From IMG/VR virus record IMGVR_UViG_3300030376_001843, positions 1-38,004 of that record: a stretch of 38,004 nucleotides of DNA. One strand, given 5' to 3'. Below the pieces are notes generated by a model. It did no database searches. It was not told where the DNA came from and saw only the letters and a program-made list of their open reading frames with translations. The DNA comes from a virus (lineage: Duplodnaviria; Caudoviricetes). Below, in pieces: positions 6,969 to 15,991 of this stretch; the first letter of the stretch is position 1; each line of letters begins with the position of its first letter. The position numbers and the translations under genes are program-made.

Positions 6969-8114
6969 ATGGCAGAAGAAAGCACTCCTGAAATACAGGA
7001 ATCAGCAAAAGAGCCAATGAGCTTGGACGCTGTATTGGAAAGTTCAATCGGTGAAGCTCTTGAAGGAACTGTAATAGAAACGGATACTCCAAAAGAAGAA
7101 ACTTCTAAAGAAGAATCTAATGAAGTATCTAAAGAAGATATTACAGTACCAGCAGAAAAATTAACTTCTCCTGAAAAGGAAGATGAGGAATCTGAAAGTT
7201 TGGATCAGTTAGCTACTGAACATGAGGAAGATCAACCAGAATCGGAAAATTCAGAAGAAAATCCTGATACAGAAGAAGTTTCTGAAAATTCTACGGAATC
7301 CAAATTAGAAGCTCCTAAAAACTGGTCAGATAGTGTAAAAAAAGTGTTTGATACTTTACCACCAGAATCACAAGAATTTATGATAAAGCGTGATAAAGAG
7401 ATGACCTCTGATTATACTAAAAAGACACAAGATTTAGCGGAACAACGCAAAAATATTGAAGCATTGAATAAGGTTATAGAACCAGCTAAACAGAATATTG
7501 CAGCTACAGGAATATCAGAAGCAGAGTATATTTCTAGGTTGTTAAATGCTGATGCAGCACTTCGAAATAACCCAAAAATGGCACTTCGACAACTTGCACA
7601 AGGTTACGGAATAAATTTGTCGTCCATAGAAGATGAGAGTGAGTCTTGGAATGATCCAGACCCACAAATTGCCCAATTAATGCAACAAAATCAGCAAATT
7701 ATGTCTGAACTTAATCAATTTAAACAACAAAATATACAATCAACAGTTGCACAAACAGAGCAAACAGTAGAGCAATTTTCCACTAAAACTGATGCAAAAG
7801 GCGATTTAATGCACCCACATTTTGACAAAGTTAGAGTTAAAATGGGTAATTTAATAGATGCTGGAGAAGCAAAAGGTTTAGATGATGCTTACAAAAAAGC
7901 AGTTAGACTTGATGATGATTTATATGAAGAAACATTAAAGAACTCACAATTAACTGTAAAAAAGCAGGAAGATAGCAAAAGGAAAGCAGCCGTAGAAAAA
8001 GCTAGAAAAGTAAAACCTTCTAGTTCTGCTAACCCACCGAAAGGTTCTGTAAAAGCGACTGATTTGGATAGTTTGTTAATGACAAATATTGAGGGAGCAG
8101 GATTTAGCAGATGA
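6969..8114 (+). CDS. Capsid scaffolding protein
   Basis: Acidic disordered N-terminus, coiled coil with DYTKKTQ, position directly before the major capsid gene. Confidence 0.8.
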   Translation: MAEESTPEIQESAKEPMSLDAVLESSIGEALEGTVIETDTPKEETSKEESNEVSKEDITVPAEKLTSPEKEDEESESLDQLATEHEEDQPESENSEENPDTEEVSENSTESKLEAPKNWSDSVKKVFDTLPPESQEFMIKRDKEMTSDYTKKTQDLAEQRKNIEALNKVIEPAKQNIAATGISEAEYISRLLNADAALRNNPKMALRQLAQGYGINLSSIEDESESWNDPDPQIAQLMQQNQQIMSELNQFKQQNIQSTVAQTEQTVEQFSTKTDAKGDLMHPHFDKVRVKMGNLIDAGEAKGLDDAYKKAVRLDDDLYEETLKNSQLTVKKQEDSKRKAAVEKARKVKPSSSANPPKGSVKATDLDSLLMTNIEGAGFSR

Positions 8115-8151
8115 GATGCAGGGTATAATAATTAATTAGGGAGCAGATAAA

Positions 8152-9105
8152 ATGGCATCTCCAAATAGTACATTTACTGAGATTGTTACTACCACTCTTG
8201 CTAATTATAGCAGGACAATGGCAGACAATATCACTAATAACAACGCTTTACTTCGTGTAATAAACGAAAAAGGCAACAAAATGGTAGCTGGTGGTAGAAC
8301 TATTGTGCAAGAATTAGAATATGCAGCAAATAGCACTACAAAATGGTATAGTGGCTACGAAGTGTTAGATACTTCAACAAGTAATGTATTCACAGCAGCC
8401 GAGTTTAATTATAAGCAATTAGCAGGTAATGTTGTGATTTCTGGACTAGAGCAAGTAGAAAACTCTGGAAAAGAGCAAGTGTTTAACTTATTAAAATCAA
8501 GGGTTAAAAACCTTGAAAAGTCATTGAAAAATACAATGGCGACTTCTTTATACGCAGACGGAACAGGAACTGATGGTAAAGATTTAGGTGGACTAGCTTT
8601 AATAGTTCCAGGAACAGTTGGAAATACTGTTGGTGGAATTAACTCAGGAACTTATACTTTCTGGAAAAATCAAGTTTATGATTTCTCTACTGAAGGTGTA
8701 ACAGCTAGTGCAACTACAATACAAACAGCTATGAATACTTTATGGTTGAGTTGTATTAGAGGTGCAGATAAACCTGATTGCATAGTTGCTGGCACTACTT
8801 ATTTCCAATATTATTGGGCTTCACTACAAACCAATCAAAGGTTTACAAGTGATGATAAAGCAAGTGCTGGATTTATGAACTTAATGTTTATGAATGCACC
8901 TGTGTTTTATGACGATCAATGTACCGCAACAGCTATGTATATGCTGAATACGGACTATTTATTCCTTCGTCCAGCTAAAGGTAGAGAATTTACTCCTTTA
9001 GGTGAGAAGGCTTCTGTTAACCAAGATGCAATGGTATTGCCAGTAGTTTGGGCAGGTAACATGACTGTTTCAAATCGTGCAAGACAAGGCATCATACAAG
9101 CATAG
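8152..9105 (+). CDS. Major capsid protein
   Basis: 317 aa; strong SD; GGRTIVQELEY, N(S)GKEQVFNLL and GGINS motifs; position after the scaffold. Confidence 0.9.
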   Translation: MASPNSTFTEIVTTTLANYSRTMADNITNNNALLRVINEKGNKMVAGGRTIVQELEYAANSTTKWYSGYEVLDTSTSNVFTAAEFNYKQLAGNVVISGLEQVENSGKEQVFNLLKSRVKNLEKSLKNTMATSLYADGTGTDGKDLGGLALIVPGTVGNTVGGINSGTYTFWKNQVYDFSTEGVTASATTIQTAMNTLWLSCIRGADKPDCIVAGTTYFQYYWASLQTNQRFTSDDKASAGFMNLMFMNAPVFYDDQCTATAMYMLNTDYLFLRPAKGREFTPLGEKASVNQDAMVLPVVWAGNMTVSNRARQGIIQA

Positions 9106-9122
9106 TAAAGGAGTAAAATATT

Positions 9123-9587
9123 ATGTCTTATATTATGGGTATAGATATTACCGCAACAGGTACGACTGTTGACTTTCAATTAGGTCAAATAGGTCAAACT
9201 TCTGATGGTAAACTCTATAAATATGTTCAATATGTAGTTGGAGCAGGATCAGTAGCTGCGGTTGCTGGCAATGTAGTAGGATATTACGCTGCTAGTGGTA
9301 CTTCAGCAGGACAAACAACTATTGTTACTGCTGATGTTAGTGATACTGCAAGAGTAGGAGCTGGCGTACTTCAATCAGCACCAGCTACTGAAGAATATTG
9401 TTGGATTCAGGTAACTGGACCAGCAACATTAACAACTGCTTTAACAGCAGGTGCTGATGGTAACGCATTAACATTAGTAGGAGCAGGAGATTCAACATTA
9501 GATGTATCTGGTGCTGTTACTGATGCTGTTTGTGCAACTGCTATAGACGCAAGTGCAAAAATAGTAATGTGTCAATTTCCATTGTAG
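9123..9587 (+). CDS. Putative capsid decoration/cement protein
   Basis: A/G/T/V-rich beta protein directly after the MCP; YKYV..., YCWIQxxG motifs. Confidence 0.65.
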   Translation: MSYIMGIDITATGTTVDFQLGQIGQTSDGKLYKYVQYVVGAGSVAAVAGNVVGYYAASGTSAGQTTIVTADVSDTARVGAGVLQSAPATEEYCWIQVTGPATLTTALTAGADGNALTLVGAGDSTLDVSGAVTDAVCATAIDASAKIVMCQFPL

Positions 9588-9598
9588 CATATAAAATA

Positions 9599-9628
9599 TA
9601 TAGAGGGTGGTTTAGACTGCCCTCTATA
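9599..9628 (+). terminator. Strong hairpin after the capsid genes (attenuator or mRNA stabiliser)
   Basis: TATAGAGGGTGGT-TTAG-ACTGCCCTCTATA; no U-tract follows. Confidence 0.5.
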
Positions 9629-9643
9629 AACTAGGAGAATAAA

Positions 9644-10039
9644 ATGTCTAATTTAAGAGCAACTTTTTATAAATCAGAAGAAGGTATTGATTTAGTAGAA
9701 TTAAAATTAATAGGCGACCCTAATTCCGTAATTTATAAAGTATCAGAAAAATCAGAACAATTAAAAAAAGATTTTCCTAAAGAATGGGCATCTTTCTATA
9801 AAGATAAAAGTCCAGCTAAAACAATAAAAACAACAAATTTAGATATATTAGAATGTATGAGTAAAAGAAAAATAGACGCATTAAAGTTAGAAGGGGTAGA
9901 ATGTGTAGAACAATTAGCAGAATTATCTGATGGTGCATGTCATGGTTTAGGCAAAGGCACATTAGATTATAGAAAAGAAGCTAAAGAATTTTTAATGAAA
10001 AAACATGATATTAAACCATTACAGGTAGTTGGCTCATGA
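9644..10039 (+). CDS. Hypothetical protein (VEQLAELSD motif)
   Basis: ORF track; SD AGGAG. Confidence 0.75.
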   Translation: MSNLRATFYKSEEGIDLVELKLIGDPNSVIYKVSEKSEQLKKDFPKEWASFYKDKSPAKTIKTTNLDILECMSKRKIDALKLEGVECVEQLAELSDGACHGLGKGTLDYRKEAKEFLMKKHDIKPLQVVGS

Positions 10040-10743
10040 CATTATTAACAATATGCCAAGATGCAGCAAATGAAATAGGAGTTCCATCTCCAAGTGCTGT
10101 TATTGGTTCAACGGACACAACAGTTATACAGTTATTGGCAGCAGCCGATAGAGAAGGAAAGAATTTAGTATCTGGTTATGACTGGCAAGTTTTAATAAAA
10201 GAAGAAGAACATACTTTATTAGCACAAGAGGATCAAGGTGCTATGACCAGTATAGCAACAGATTTTTTAAGATTTTCTAATGATACTATGTGGAATAGAA
10301 CAACAAATAGAAAGTTTTATGGCCCATTAAATAATACAGAATGGCAAAGATTAAAAGGAATAGTAGTTAATGGTGTAACTAATTATTTCCGAATAAGAGG
10401 GAATAAATTATTATTAAACCCAACTCCTACAGCAGGACAAAAATTATTTTTTGAATATATACAGAAAAATTGGGTAGACACAACAGGAGATGGTTCAGCA
10501 AATGCTGATAGTTATGCAGCCGATAGTAACACTACCATATTAGATGAAGATATTATTACTATGGGTGTAATATGGAGATTTTTAAAACAAAAAGGATTGC
10601 CTTATGATAATCAGCTTCAAGAATATCAAATTAAAGTAGCCGAAAAACAGGCAAAAGATGGAGCAAAATCTATTTTAAGAATGGGTGGTGGGAGAAGATT
10701 TTATTTCCCAGTTAATGAACCAGAAGGGAATTATACTTTATAA
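10036..10743 (+). CDS. Head-tail adaptor / tail tubular protein A-like
   Basis: MTLLTICQDAA start, F.IRG..L...PTP and WRFLKxKG; position in a podovirus tail module. Confidence 0.75.
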   Translation: MTLLTICQDAANEIGVPSPSAVIGSTDTTVIQLLAAADREGKNLVSGYDWQVLIKEEEHTLLAQEDQGAMTSIATDFLRFSNDTMWNRTTNRKFYGPLNNTEWQRLKGIVVNGVTNYFRIRGNKLLLNPTPTAGQKLFFEYIQKNWVDTTGDGSANADSYAADSNTTILDEDIITMGVIWRFLKQKGLPYDNQLQEYQIKVAEKQAKDGAKSILRMGGGRRFYFPVNEPEGNYTL

Positions 10744-10880
10744 TGCCAGTTACAAAAACAAAAGGTGGTTATAAATGGGGTAGCAAAGGAAAAGTTTATA
10801 AAACTAAATCCAAAGCTACAGCACAAGGGCGTGCAGCTTATGCAAGTGGTTATGGTAAAACAAATAAAGGTAAAAAATAA
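10743..10880 (+). CDS. Small basic protein (45 aa, MPVTKTKGGYKWGSKGKVYKTKSKATAQGRAAYASGY...)
   Basis: Read by hand; TAATG coupling at both ends. Confidence 0.7.
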   Translation: MPVTKTKGGYKWGSKGKVYKTKSKATAQGRAAYASGYGKTNKGKK

Positions 10881-11338
10881 TGGCTATGGAAGATGAATGG
10901 TATTGGCAAGATGAGCTTTTTGGAGCTAATCCTGAATCAGGAAGTTGGCAGGATATAGCACAAAGTTTGCTTAATCCAGTTTATGATCCAGAAGGAAGGC
11001 TTTTAAGTAGAGTTTTAAAAGATGAACCACTTTCTATGGCAGAAATGGGAGAAAATCTACAAAAAGACCCAATGGCAGACCCTGAAAGTAATCCAGTAGT
11101 AAGAGATAGAGGAAAAGAAGAAGCAAATAAAAAACCATTTAGTCCATCAAGTTACACAATTCCTGCTCCTGCAAAGTTATCAATGCCTACATATACTGTG
11201 CCAGATAAAGAAGTAGATAGAGTTGGTGGAAATGTGAATATGTATGGCAGAAAAAGAATGATGTTAAATGATACAACAGAAGAAGAAGAAATGAGAAGAA
11301 TGGCAGCAGCATTAAGAAGAAATCAAGGGTATAGATAA
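10880..11338 (+). CDS. Hypothetical protein
   Basis: ORF track; translationally coupled on both sides. Confidence 0.7.
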   Translation: MAMEDEWYWQDELFGANPESGSWQDIAQSLLNPVYDPEGRLLSRVLKDEPLSMAEMGENLQKDPMADPESNPVVRDRGKEEANKKPFSPSSYTIPAPAKLSMPTYTVPDKEVDRVGGNVNMYGRKRMMLNDTTEEEEMRRMAAALRRNQGYR

Positions 11339-12859
11339 ATGAATATGATGTTTCAACCTACAGGACAAGGAACTTCTATTCCAGCACCAATCGGTGGTTT
11401 GAATACTAGAGATGCTGTTGATATGATGGCTGAAAAAGATGCAATTCGTTTAGATAATTTCTTTCCAGGCAGTACAGATGTTGCTGTAAGAAATGGTTAT
11501 ACAAGTCATGTAACAGGATTACCTAGTAGCGTACAATCTTTAATGGCATATTCTTCTGGTGCGACAAACAAATTATTTGCAGCTAGTGGTGCTAATATTT
11601 ATGATGTTACAAGTGCTGGTTCAGTAGGTGGTGCAGTAGTTACATCATTAAGTAATGCACAATTTCAGCATGTTAATTTTACAATATCTGGTGGTGGATA
11701 TTTATTTATAGTAAATGGAGCAGATGCACCAAGACATTATAATGGTAGTGCGTGGGCTACGCCTACATTAAGTGGTGTTACAGGTACAACTCTTAATAAT
11801 GTTACAGTTTTTAAAGAAAGATTATTTTTCTGTATTAATAATTCATTAAGTTTTGGTTATTTGCCTATTAATAGTATAGCTGGAACTGTTGCTACTTTTA
11901 ATTTAGGTAGTATTTTTAATATGGGGGGATATATACAAGCTATAGGCACTTGGACTAGAGATGGTGGTAGTGGTCCTGATGATTATATTGTATTTGTAAC
12001 TAATCATGGGGAAGCAGCAATATATACAGGTTCTGATCCGTCAGATGCTACTAAATGGTCAATAGTCGGTACTTTTAAATTAGCAAGACCTATAGGAAAG
12101 AGATGTTTAATTAATGTAAATTCTGATTTAGTATTAATAACAGAGCAAGGATTTATGCCATTATCACAAACATTAGTTACAGGAGAAAATGCTCCTGCGG
12201 TAGCAATATCTGATAAAATTAGTGGTAGTATTGCAACAGCCGTTAATAATTTTGGAGATCAATTTGGTTGGGAAGCTATTTTATACCCAAAAGGACAATA
12301 TGGATTATTTAATGTTCCTGATAGTACAGCAGGAAGTTTCGTACAATATGTTGTTAATTTAACAACTGGTGCATGGGGAAAATTTACAGGACAAAATTCT
12401 TATTGTTGGGCAACTTTAAATGGTGTTTTATATTTTGGTGGTGATACTAAAATATTTCAAGGAGATAATGGAACAAGTGATGATAATGAAAATATAGAAG
12501 CGTCTGCAAAAACAGCTTTTGTATATTTCGGTGGGAGAGGTTCACCCAAAAGATTTACAGCGATAAGACCAGTTATGGGTAGTGATGCAGATTTGCCTGT
12601 AGGAATAGGCTTTGATGTTGATTTTACTGATGGCACTTCTAGTTACACACCTTCAGCAGCATCTACTACTGGAGCAGAATGGGATACAGCGACTTGGGAT
12701 GTATCGTCTTGGGCTGGAACAATATCCACTTCTCAATCATGGCGTAGTGTTTCAGATATAGGGTGGTGTGCATCTATTCGTATTAGAACAAGTACAAAAC
12801 TTCAACAAGTAAAATGGCACTCTACTGATATTATGTTTGAAATAGGTAGGGGGTTATAA
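11339..12859 (+). CDS. Tail tubular protein B / P22 gp10-like DNA stabilisation (nozzle) protein
   Basis: PAPIGGLNTRD...LDNFFP...RNG start; beta-propeller-like composition; 506 aa. Confidence 0.8.
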   Translation: MNMMFQPTGQGTSIPAPIGGLNTRDAVDMMAEKDAIRLDNFFPGSTDVAVRNGYTSHVTGLPSSVQSLMAYSSGATNKLFAASGANIYDVTSAGSVGGAVVTSLSNAQFQHVNFTISGGGYLFIVNGADAPRHYNGSAWATPTLSGVTGTTLNNVTVFKERLFFCINNSLSFGYLPINSIAGTVATFNLGSIFNMGGYIQAIGTWTRDGGSGPDDYIVFVTNHGEAAIYTGSDPSDATKWSIVGTFKLARPIGKRCLINVNSDLVLITEQGFMPLSQTLVTGENAPAVAISDKISGSIATAVNNFGDQFGWEAILYPKGQYGLFNVPDSTAGSFVQYVVNLTTGAWGKFTGQNSYCWATLNGVLYFGGDTKIFQGDNGTSDDNENIEASAKTAFVYFGGRGSPKRFTAIRPVMGSDADLPVGIGFDVDFTDGTSSYTPSAASTTGAEWDTATWDVSSWAGTISTSQSWRSVSDIGWCASIRIRTSTKLQQVKWHSTDIMFEIGRGL

Positions 12860-13197
12860 TGTTTATTACCGATAAAATATGGAAAGTATTAGAACCAGCT
12901 ATAGAGTCAACACATGAAGTAACAAGAGAACAATTAGAACAAATGATACAAAGTGGAGAATACCAACTGTTTGCAAAAGATAATAGTGCTATTATTACTG
13001 CACATCATGGACAAATATTACGCATAGGTATAGGTGGTGGAAATTTAGTTACTATTAAAGAAATTACGAAAAAAATTGAAAAATATGCAAAAAAGCGTAA
13101 TTATAAATATATTGATATTTTAGGACGCAAAGGTTGGGAAAAAGTTTTAAATGGATATAACAAAAAAGCAGTATTATTGCGAAAGGAAATAGCATGA
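12859..13197 (+). CDS. GNAT-like virion assembly protein (T7 gp13-like position)
   Basis: GGGNL...IEKYAK...GRKGWEKVL; sits between the nozzle and ejection genes. Confidence 0.55.
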   Translation: MFITDKIWKVLEPAIESTHEVTREQLEQMIQSGEYQLFAKDNSAIITAHHGQILRIGIGGGNLVTIKEITKKIEKYAKKRNYKYIDILGRKGWEKVLNGYNKKAVLLRKEIA

Positions 13198-14165
13198 GTT
13201 TTATAAGTAATATATTTAGTCCACCTAAACCACCAGCAGCTCCAGATTATACAGGGGCAGCACAAGCACAAGGTGCAGCTAATGTAGAAACAGCACGATT
13301 AGAAGGTCGTATGAATAGACCTGATGTTTTTACGCCTTATGACCAAACAGTTGTAACAGATATAGGTGATGATAGATTTCAAATGGATTATACTTTGCGA
13401 CCTGAATATGAATCGCAAAGACAAAAACAAGCACAAATAGGTGGACAATATTTAGATGTAGCAGGACAAAGATTAGGAGAATTACCTAGTGGACAATTTG
13501 ATGTTTCAGCTTTACCAACATTTCAAGGAGGGGTAGATACAACAGGATTTACACCATTAGCAACTACTGATGATTTATCTGATTATGCAACTCGTAGTGA
13601 AACAGCTTATTATGATAGAGCTTTAAATCGGTTACAACCAGCAATGGATCAACAAAAAACCCAATTACACACACAATTAATTAATTCTGGCTTACCAGTA
13701 GGTTCTACTGCATATAATGATGCTATGAGTCGATTAGAAATGACGCATTCTGACCAATTATCTGGATTAGCACAATCTTCTATTGCCGAAGGACAGCGTA
13801 TGCGTCAAGGGTTAGCAGGTGAAGCACAATCTATGCGTCAATCACAATTAGCAGAAGCGAGTATGATAAGAGAAATGCAAAATCAAGCGAGAGCTCAAGC
13901 TATGGCAGATACATTATTACAAAGACGATTACCTATGGAAGAATTAGCAACATTAACTGGTTCACCAAGTGTTGGTTCTGCTGGTTTAGGTACAGCTACT
14001 ACTGGATTAAATGTACCAGGAACAAGTATTGCACCACCACCAATTATGCAAGGAGCAATGGCTCAAGGAGCAGATGCAACGAATAGATATGCAAATCAAG
14101 TAGCAGGATATAGTTCAGGAATGAACGCTTTAGGTAATTTAGTAGGGTTAGGAATGAGTTTATAA
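13194..14165 (+). CDS. Internal virion / DNA ejection protein 1
   Basis: PKPPAAPDY N-terminus, Q/A-rich helices, glycine-rich hydrophobic C-terminus. Confidence 0.7.
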   Translation: MSFISNIFSPPKPPAAPDYTGAAQAQGAANVETARLEGRMNRPDVFTPYDQTVVTDIGDDRFQMDYTLRPEYESQRQKQAQIGGQYLDVAGQRLGELPSGQFDVSALPTFQGGVDTTGFTPLATTDDLSDYATRSETAYYDRALNRLQPAMDQQKTQLHTQLINSGLPVGSTAYNDAMSRLEMTHSDQLSGLAQSSIAEGQRMRQGLAGEAQSMRQSQLAEASMIREMQNQARAQAMADTLLQRRLPMEELATLTGSPSVGSAGLGTATTGLNVPGTSIAPPPIMQGAMAQGADATNRYANQVAGYSSGMNALGNLVGLGMSL

Positions 14166-15991
14166 TGACAGTATTAAAAGCACCAGTTAGACAACAATCA
14201 TATTTAACAGAGTATGATAAATTATTAGCTGAACAATTAAGACAAATGAGTGGTAGTATTGGCCCTGGTGATATAGCAGCAGAGTCTTATGGTGGTAAAT
14301 TTCCAGTAGGAACTATGACTGCTAAAATATTAGGTAGTGTATTAGCTAGAGCTGCTGATAAAAGAGCTATAAATAGAGAAGAACAAGCTAAAGAATCTTA
14401 TAGTAGAGCTATGGAAATAGCAAATGCTATGGAAAGAGGTAATAATTTATCTACAACAGGTATGAGTGTAAGTCCTGAAGGTAATTTAGAAATATTACCA
14501 ACTAATGTAGAAGGTGGTGGAGTGTCTACATGGACTAGACCTGACATATTATTTACACAAGAAGAAATAGATAAATTAAATGAAATAAGAGATAAAGAAG
14601 GAAATTTAAGAAGTATAGAAGGATTAAAAGGTTATAGTTCTTATAGAGAAAAACCTAAAATACCTTATGTTGGCTCTGAATTTGAAGCTACATCAATAAC
14701 ACCAACAGGAATACCATTAGCACCACAAAATGTAGCTTTAACAGTAGGAGAAAAAATACCAGAAGATAAATCTGCAATAAGTAAGTTTCTAAGTGGCACA
14801 TTACCACAAAAGGTTTTACCAACTAATGCAGAACAAGCATTATCTCAAGCATTAAGAGGTGCTGATGTAAATGAATTAGAATTTAGAGATTATATGCAAA
14901 ATAAAAGAATACAAGATAGAACTTTAGAATTAGCAGAAGAAGAAAGATTAAGAAATTTACAACCACAAGTAGAAAGAACAGTAATTTACAATAAAGAAGG
15001 AGGAATGGAAACAGCGTATAAAAGGACAGACCCAGTAAATGGTAGGACATCTTTTTCACAAGAGCCAAATGCCAATGTTCCATTTGGACCAGAATATACT
15101 ATAGAACCACCGAAAGAAATAAAACAAGCATCAACAAAAGCTGTTTTAAACACAGTTACTAATGAAATAGAATTTGCTACAGAAAAAGAAATTGCAGAAT
15201 CAAAAAACATTTTAGTGCCGTTACCAAAAGAAGAATCTGAAACAGCTTATGATAAAAAATATAAAATATTTTTAAATAGCGAAATTGAAAGAAATTCTAA
15301 ATTACCAGATGATAAAAAATTATCTATTACGGAAATACAAAGAAATGCAGCTACATTAGCAAGCACAACTAGAACTCAAGAATTTGAACCAGATTTAGAA
15401 CAAGGAGCTATAGAAGAACTAACAGACATTGATTTAAAGCAACCTTTACCTGAATTAGATATAAGATTAATGTCTAAGGCAGATGTTATGGGAGCAGGTA
15501 AAGGAGCAATAAATTTTGCTTACGGCTTAAGAGGAGGAAAAGTGCCTTTTCAAGATCAAGTACAAGCAGGAACAAATTTAGACATTATTAATAATAAAAT
15601 TAAAGTCCCAATGGTAAAAGAAATTTCTGATAAAGGCGCAATATACACACAAAAAAGTATAGAAGCGCTTTTACCTTCTACCTCAAATAGTGATGCTTCT
15701 AATTATGCAAAAATAAAATCTTTAATTCCCCATTTAAATAATAAAATTATAGAAGCAAAAGAAATGATAAGAAATAGTGGTGTAATATATCCAAATGACA
15801 AAAAAAGAGCATCAAAAGCAAAACTAGATGCTATAGATGTTATGTTAAAATTACAACAAATAGTTCCTATATTAGAAAATTCTTTAATACAATTTGATTT
15901 AAATTATTCTAATACAGACAACCCTTTTAAAAATTACACAGACGAAGAATTTAACAGCATAACCGAAGATGATTTAAAAGAAGAAAATTAA
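14165..15991 (+). CDS. Internal virion / DNA ejection protein 2
   Basis: 608 aa; position and coupling in the ejection gene triplet. Confidence 0.6.
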   Translation: MTVLKAPVRQQSYLTEYDKLLAEQLRQMSGSIGPGDIAAESYGGKFPVGTMTAKILGSVLARAADKRAINREEQAKESYSRAMEIANAMERGNNLSTTGMSVSPEGNLEILPTNVEGGGVSTWTRPDILFTQEEIDKLNEIRDKEGNLRSIEGLKGYSSYREKPKIPYVGSEFEATSITPTGIPLAPQNVALTVGEKIPEDKSAISKFLSGTLPQKVLPTNAEQALSQALRGADVNELEFRDYMQNKRIQDRTLELAEEERLRNLQPQVERTVIYNKEGGMETAYKRTDPVNGRTSFSQEPNANVPFGPEYTIEPPKEIKQASTKAVLNTVTNEIEFATEKEIAESKNILVPLPKEESETAYDKKYKIFLNSEIERNSKLPDDKKLSITEIQRNAATLASTTRTQEFEPDLEQGAIEELTDIDLKQPLPELDIRLMSKADVMGAGKGAINFAYGLRGGKVPFQDQVQAGTNLDIINNKIKVPMVKEISDKGAIYTQKSIEALLPSTSNSDASNYAKIKSLIPHLNNKIIEAKEMIRNSGVIYPNDKKRASKAKLDAIDVMLKLQQIVPILENSLIQFDLNYSNTDNPFKNYTDEEFNSITEDDLKEEN

